Shown: positions 26,786 to 29,491 of the stretch, in pieces
How the letters are laid out: the number at the start of each line of letters is the position of its first letter
How positions within the stretch are numbered: position 1 is the first letter of the stretch
DNA from: Pyrinomonadaceae bacterium
GTDB taxonomy: Bacteria > Acidobacteriota > Blastocatellia > Pyrinomonadales > Pyrinomonadaceae
Assembly (NCBI GenBank): GCA_035575965.1
Contig: DATLXD010000114.1
Coordinates: 1-29,491 of the forward strand
DNA length: 29,491 bases
Reading direction: 5' to 3'
The notes under the pieces: generated by a model
What the model was told of the DNA's origin: nothing
What the model saw: the letters and a program-made list of their open reading frames with translations, nothing else
Database searches by the model: none
Made by a program: the position numbers and the translations under genes

Positions 26786-27688
26786 ATGAATAGAAGCCTT
26801 TCGACGGTAAAATTTAATGCTCTGATTTTAGTTTTGCTTTATAGCTTGTTTAGTTTGCAAGCCTTTTCGCAAACGGCAAGTCCGTTTTCGATAAACGAAT
26901 CGCCCTTGCCCGCGCCGACCGAGCCGGTGAATGATTTTGCGGGCGTTTTGGATGAAAACACCAAGCAAACGCTCAACCAGCGCATAAAAGATTTCAAGGC
27001 TAAGACAAATCCGCAAGTCGTCTTAGCGGTTGCGATTGTGAAAACGACCGGCGAGCGCGATATTTTCGATTATTCGCTCGCGGTGTCGCGCGGCTGGAAA
27101 ATCGGCACGAAGGACGATGAAAATCCGAGCGCGCTGCTTTTTATTGCAATTGACGACCGCAAGTATTTTACGCAGGTCAGCCGAAACCTGGAAGACGAAT
27201 TGCCGGACGGCGTTGTCGGACAGCTTCAGCGTCAAAATCTCGTTCCGGCATTCAGACAAGGCAATTACGGTAAAGGTGTCGCGGATACGATTGAGGCTTA
27301 CATTCGCACGATTGAAGCCAAAGGAAGCGGTCAGCCCGCTAACATTGCAAACACCAAACAAGACCGCGTAGAGAGAGGTTCTGGAGGAATTTGTAACATC
27401 GTGACTTGTCTGATAATTTTATTCGTTCTGATGCTCATAATTTTCAGTCGTTTCGGTTCGTCAAACAGAGATAAAAATGACAGAGACCGTTGGGGCGGCG
27501 GTGGCGGCGGATTCGGCGGCGGAAGCGCGTTGCCGTGGATTATTGGCGGGGTTTTAGGCGGAATGGGCGGTAACGATAGAGGTTCATCGGGCGGTTGGGG
27601 AAGCGGCGGTTCTTCCGGCGGCGGCGATTGGGGCGGCTTCGGCGGCGGCGGTGATTTCGGCGGCGGCGGCGCGGGCGGAGATTGGTAG
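26786..27688 (+). CDS. TPM domain protein (YgcG-like)
   Basis: Signal peptide, PVNDFAGVL, GWKIG, LLFIAIDDRK, one TM helix, Gly-rich tail ending GGGDFGGGGAGGDW. Confidence 0.93.
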   Translation: MNRSLSTVKFNALILVLLYSLFSLQAFSQTASPFSINESPLPAPTEPVNDFAGVLDENTKQTLNQRIKDFKAKTNPQVVLAVAIVKTTGERDIFDYSLAVSRGWKIGTKDDENPSALLFIAIDDRKYFTQVSRNLEDELPDGVVGQLQRQNLVPAFRQGNYGKGVADTIEAYIRTIEAKGSGQPANIANTKQDRVERGSGGICNIVTCLIILFVLMLIIFSRFGSSNRDKNDRDRWGGGGGGFGGGSALPWIIGGVLGGMGGNDRGSSGGWGSGGSSGGGDWGGFGGGGDFGGGGAGGDW

Positions 27689-27725
27689 TTTGATTGCGGC
27701 TTTGAATTTGAAAACGGATAAATTT

Positions 27726-28037
27726 ATGAGTATTGAAGACCGTCTGGGAAAAGTTGAAAGAAGAGTTAATACGATTGAAGAAGCTATCCAAATATTATCC
27801 GAGTTGGTTATTAGCCACGACGAAAGATTGGTTAAATCTTTGAATAATGACGAAGACCTCAACGCCAAAATTTCTGCGCTAATTGATGCTCAAATCAGAA
27901 GCGAAGATAAGTTACAAGCGTTGGCTGATGCTCAAATTAGAAGTGAAGATAAAATACAAAATATCAATTCGGCACTTGAACAATTAACGCAACTTGTTGA
28001 AAAGGCTCATTCACGAATTGAACGTTTGGAAAATTAA
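27726..28037 (+). CDS. Small coiled-coil protein with an internal 14-aa duplication
   Basis: MSIEDRLGKVERRVNTIEEAI... heptad pattern; DAQIRSEDK occurs twice. ATG 27726 preferred over the ORF-track start that overlaps the TPM gene. Confidence 0.7.
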   Translation: MSIEDRLGKVERRVNTIEEAIQILSELVISHDERLVKSLNNDEDLNAKISALIDAQIRSEDKLQALADAQIRSEDKIQNINSALEQLTQLVEKAHSRIERLEN

Positions 28038-28055
28038 ACTTTGATTTAATAAATA

Positions 28056-28775
28056 ATGAAACATCAATTTGACGCATTTATTGACGATTTGAGAGGGACG
28101 CACGGCAGAAATTTGGCTTCGGTCATTTTATACGGGTCGGCGGCGGCGGGCGATTTTGTTCCTAATAAATCGCATTACAACCTGTTGATTGCCCTGCACG
28201 AAATCACGCCAAAGGATTTGCGCTCCGCGCAAGCACCGATGCGAGAATGGCACCGGATGGGTCATCCCGTGCCGGTTTATTTTACGGTCGCTGAACTTGA
28301 AAGGGCGGCGGACGTTTTCCCGATAGAGTTTCATCAGATGGAAAGTGCCAGAATTTTGCTTTACGGCACGGATGTTTTGGCGGATTTGAATATCTCAGAC
28401 GAGCATTTAAGACATCAAACCGAATACGAACTCAGAAGCAAGTTGATTCAACTGCGCCGTCAATATATTCCCGCTTCAACTTCGGTTTCGGGTTTGATAA
28501 ATCTAATGGCGGAAAGCCTTTCGAGTTTTGCCTCGATTTTTCGCGCCGTTTTGATAATTCAGGGATTCAAGCCGCCGGTGACGAAACACGAAATTATTGC
28601 CGCGACGGTCAAAGAATTGAAAATAGACGGCAAATCGTTTGAAAAAATCTTCCAGATTCGGGAAAATAATTCATCTAATATGCTCGATGAAGTTTCGGCT
28701 AACGCGCTTTTTGCAGATTATATGCAGCAGATTGAAAAGGTCATCGAATCGGTTGATAGAGTTCAGGGTGATTAA
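28056..28775 (+). CDS. Nucleotidyltransferase-fold protein with helical C-terminal domain (degenerate metal-binding motif)
   Basis: SVILYGSAAAGDFVPNKSHYNLL resembles the pol-beta/MNT GS...DxD motif, with the DxD position reading HYN. Confidence 0.8.
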   Translation: MKHQFDAFIDDLRGTHGRNLASVILYGSAAAGDFVPNKSHYNLLIALHEITPKDLRSAQAPMREWHRMGHPVPVYFTVAELERAADVFPIEFHQMESARILLYGTDVLADLNISDEHLRHQTEYELRSKLIQLRRQYIPASTSVSGLINLMAESLSSFASIFRAVLIIQGFKPPVTKHEIIAATVKELKIDGKSFEKIFQIRENNSSNMLDEVSANALFADYMQQIEKVIESVDRVQGD

Positions 28776-28800
28776 TTTGGAAATACTATAGGAAAGATTA

Positions 28801-28962
28801 ATGTCTGTATTGCCAAGACCGAATTCCATTTTGGGAGAGTATAAACTTGAACAAAACCCAGCCGAAATTCGTTATGGATTTGGCGAAGGTGAAGTTTCGG
28901 TAGTTGATAATGTAGATGTTTCGCATACACAAAATAAGGTTAGTTTTAAAAGGAGAAATTAG
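28801..28962 (+). CDS. Unannotated 53-aa small ORF
   Basis: AGGAAAG upstream of ATG 28801; MSVLPRPNSILGEYKLEQNPAEIRYGFGEGEVSVVDNVDVSHTQNKVSFKRRN; TAG 28960-28962 two bases before the lemA start. Confidence 0.4.
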   Translation: MSVLPRPNSILGEYKLEQNPAEIRYGFGEGEVSVVDNVDVSHTQNKVSFKRRN

Positions 28963-28964
28963 AA

Positions 28965-29491
28965 ATGAAAAGAGTAATTTTATTAACAATCGCGTTATTT
29001 GCCGTCTTCGGTCTGAGCGGCTGCAGTTACAACGATTTGACAGGCAGACAGCAAGGCGTAAAAGGTAAATGGGCAAATGTCGAAAGCTCGTTGCAGCGCC
29101 GCGCCGATTTGATTCCGAATCTGGTATCAACCGCGCAGATGCTCGGCGTGCAGGAACAGGAAGTTTTCGGACAGATTTCCGACGCGCGTTCGCGTCTTTT
29201 GAATGCGACGCAAGCCGCACCGCAAGGAGCGGACGGCGACAAAACGCCCGAACAAAAACAAGCCGTTCTTGATGCCAACAATAGCTTTGGCGGTACGGTC
29301 GGAAGACTGCTTAGTTTGCAGGAAAATTATCCGAGTCTCCGTTCGAGCGACGCATTTTTGAAAGTGCAGGACGAACTGTCAAGCACGGAAAATCGAATAA
29401 ATGTAGCGAGAACCGATTATAATCAAGCGGTTACTGATTACAACACGACGCGAAATCAATTTCCCGCCGTTTTAACCGCGAGTTTATTGGG
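28965..29491 (+). CDS. lemA: LemA family lipoprotein (3' partial; absent from the ORF track)
   Basis: AGGAG RBS; MKRVILLTIALFAVFGLSGC lipobox; WANVESSLQRRADLIPNLV, QENYPSL, ELSSTENRINVARTDYNQAVTDYN and QFP motifs. Confidence 0.95.
   Translation, partial: MKRVILLTIALFAVFGLSGCSYNDLTGRQQGVKGKWANVESSLQRRADLIPNLVSTAQMLGVQEQEVFGQISDARSRLLNATQAAPQGADGDKTPEQKQAVLDANNSFGGTVGRLLSLQENYPSLRSSDAFLKVQDELSSTENRINVARTDYNQAVTDYNTTRNQFPAVLTASLL

Noticed and set aside
27490-27685. GGC-rich repeats
   Set aside because: Explained by the Gly-rich C-terminal tail typical of YgcG/TPM proteins.
1621-29281. Numerous antisense or alternate-frame ORFs in the track (e.g. 11922-12620, 7385-7891, 19128-19613, 28798-29220)
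   Set aside because: They shadow well-supported genes and show no recognisable motifs.

Overview
Bacterial chromosomal window of moderate GC. Gene content and protein style suggest Acidobacteriota, Blastocatellia-like (inference). Left part: 3' end of metG, an AT-rich islet (exported protein plus BrnT/BrnA toxin-antitoxin), asd, nadC, a CPBP protease, an NtrY-like histidine kinase and a GNAT. The minus strand carries a dcw cluster: rsmH-ftsL-ftsI-murF-mraY-murD-ftsW-murG-murC-ftsQ-ftsA-ftsZ, with no mraZ, murE, murB or ddl. It is followed by pdxA, a decayed CheY-like pseudogene and a RomR-like regulator split by one in-frame TAA. Right part: ZIP transporter, then TPM protein, coiled-coil protein, degenerate nucleotidyltransferase-fold protein, a small ORF and LemA. 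The main unexplained structure: seven gene junctions in and just after the dcw cluster carry short tandem arrays (7-, 8-, 9- or 10-nt units) arranged as inverted pairs, using several different motif families. The same families have also entered coding sequence in frame (kinase DHp loop, MurC and MurD C-termini).
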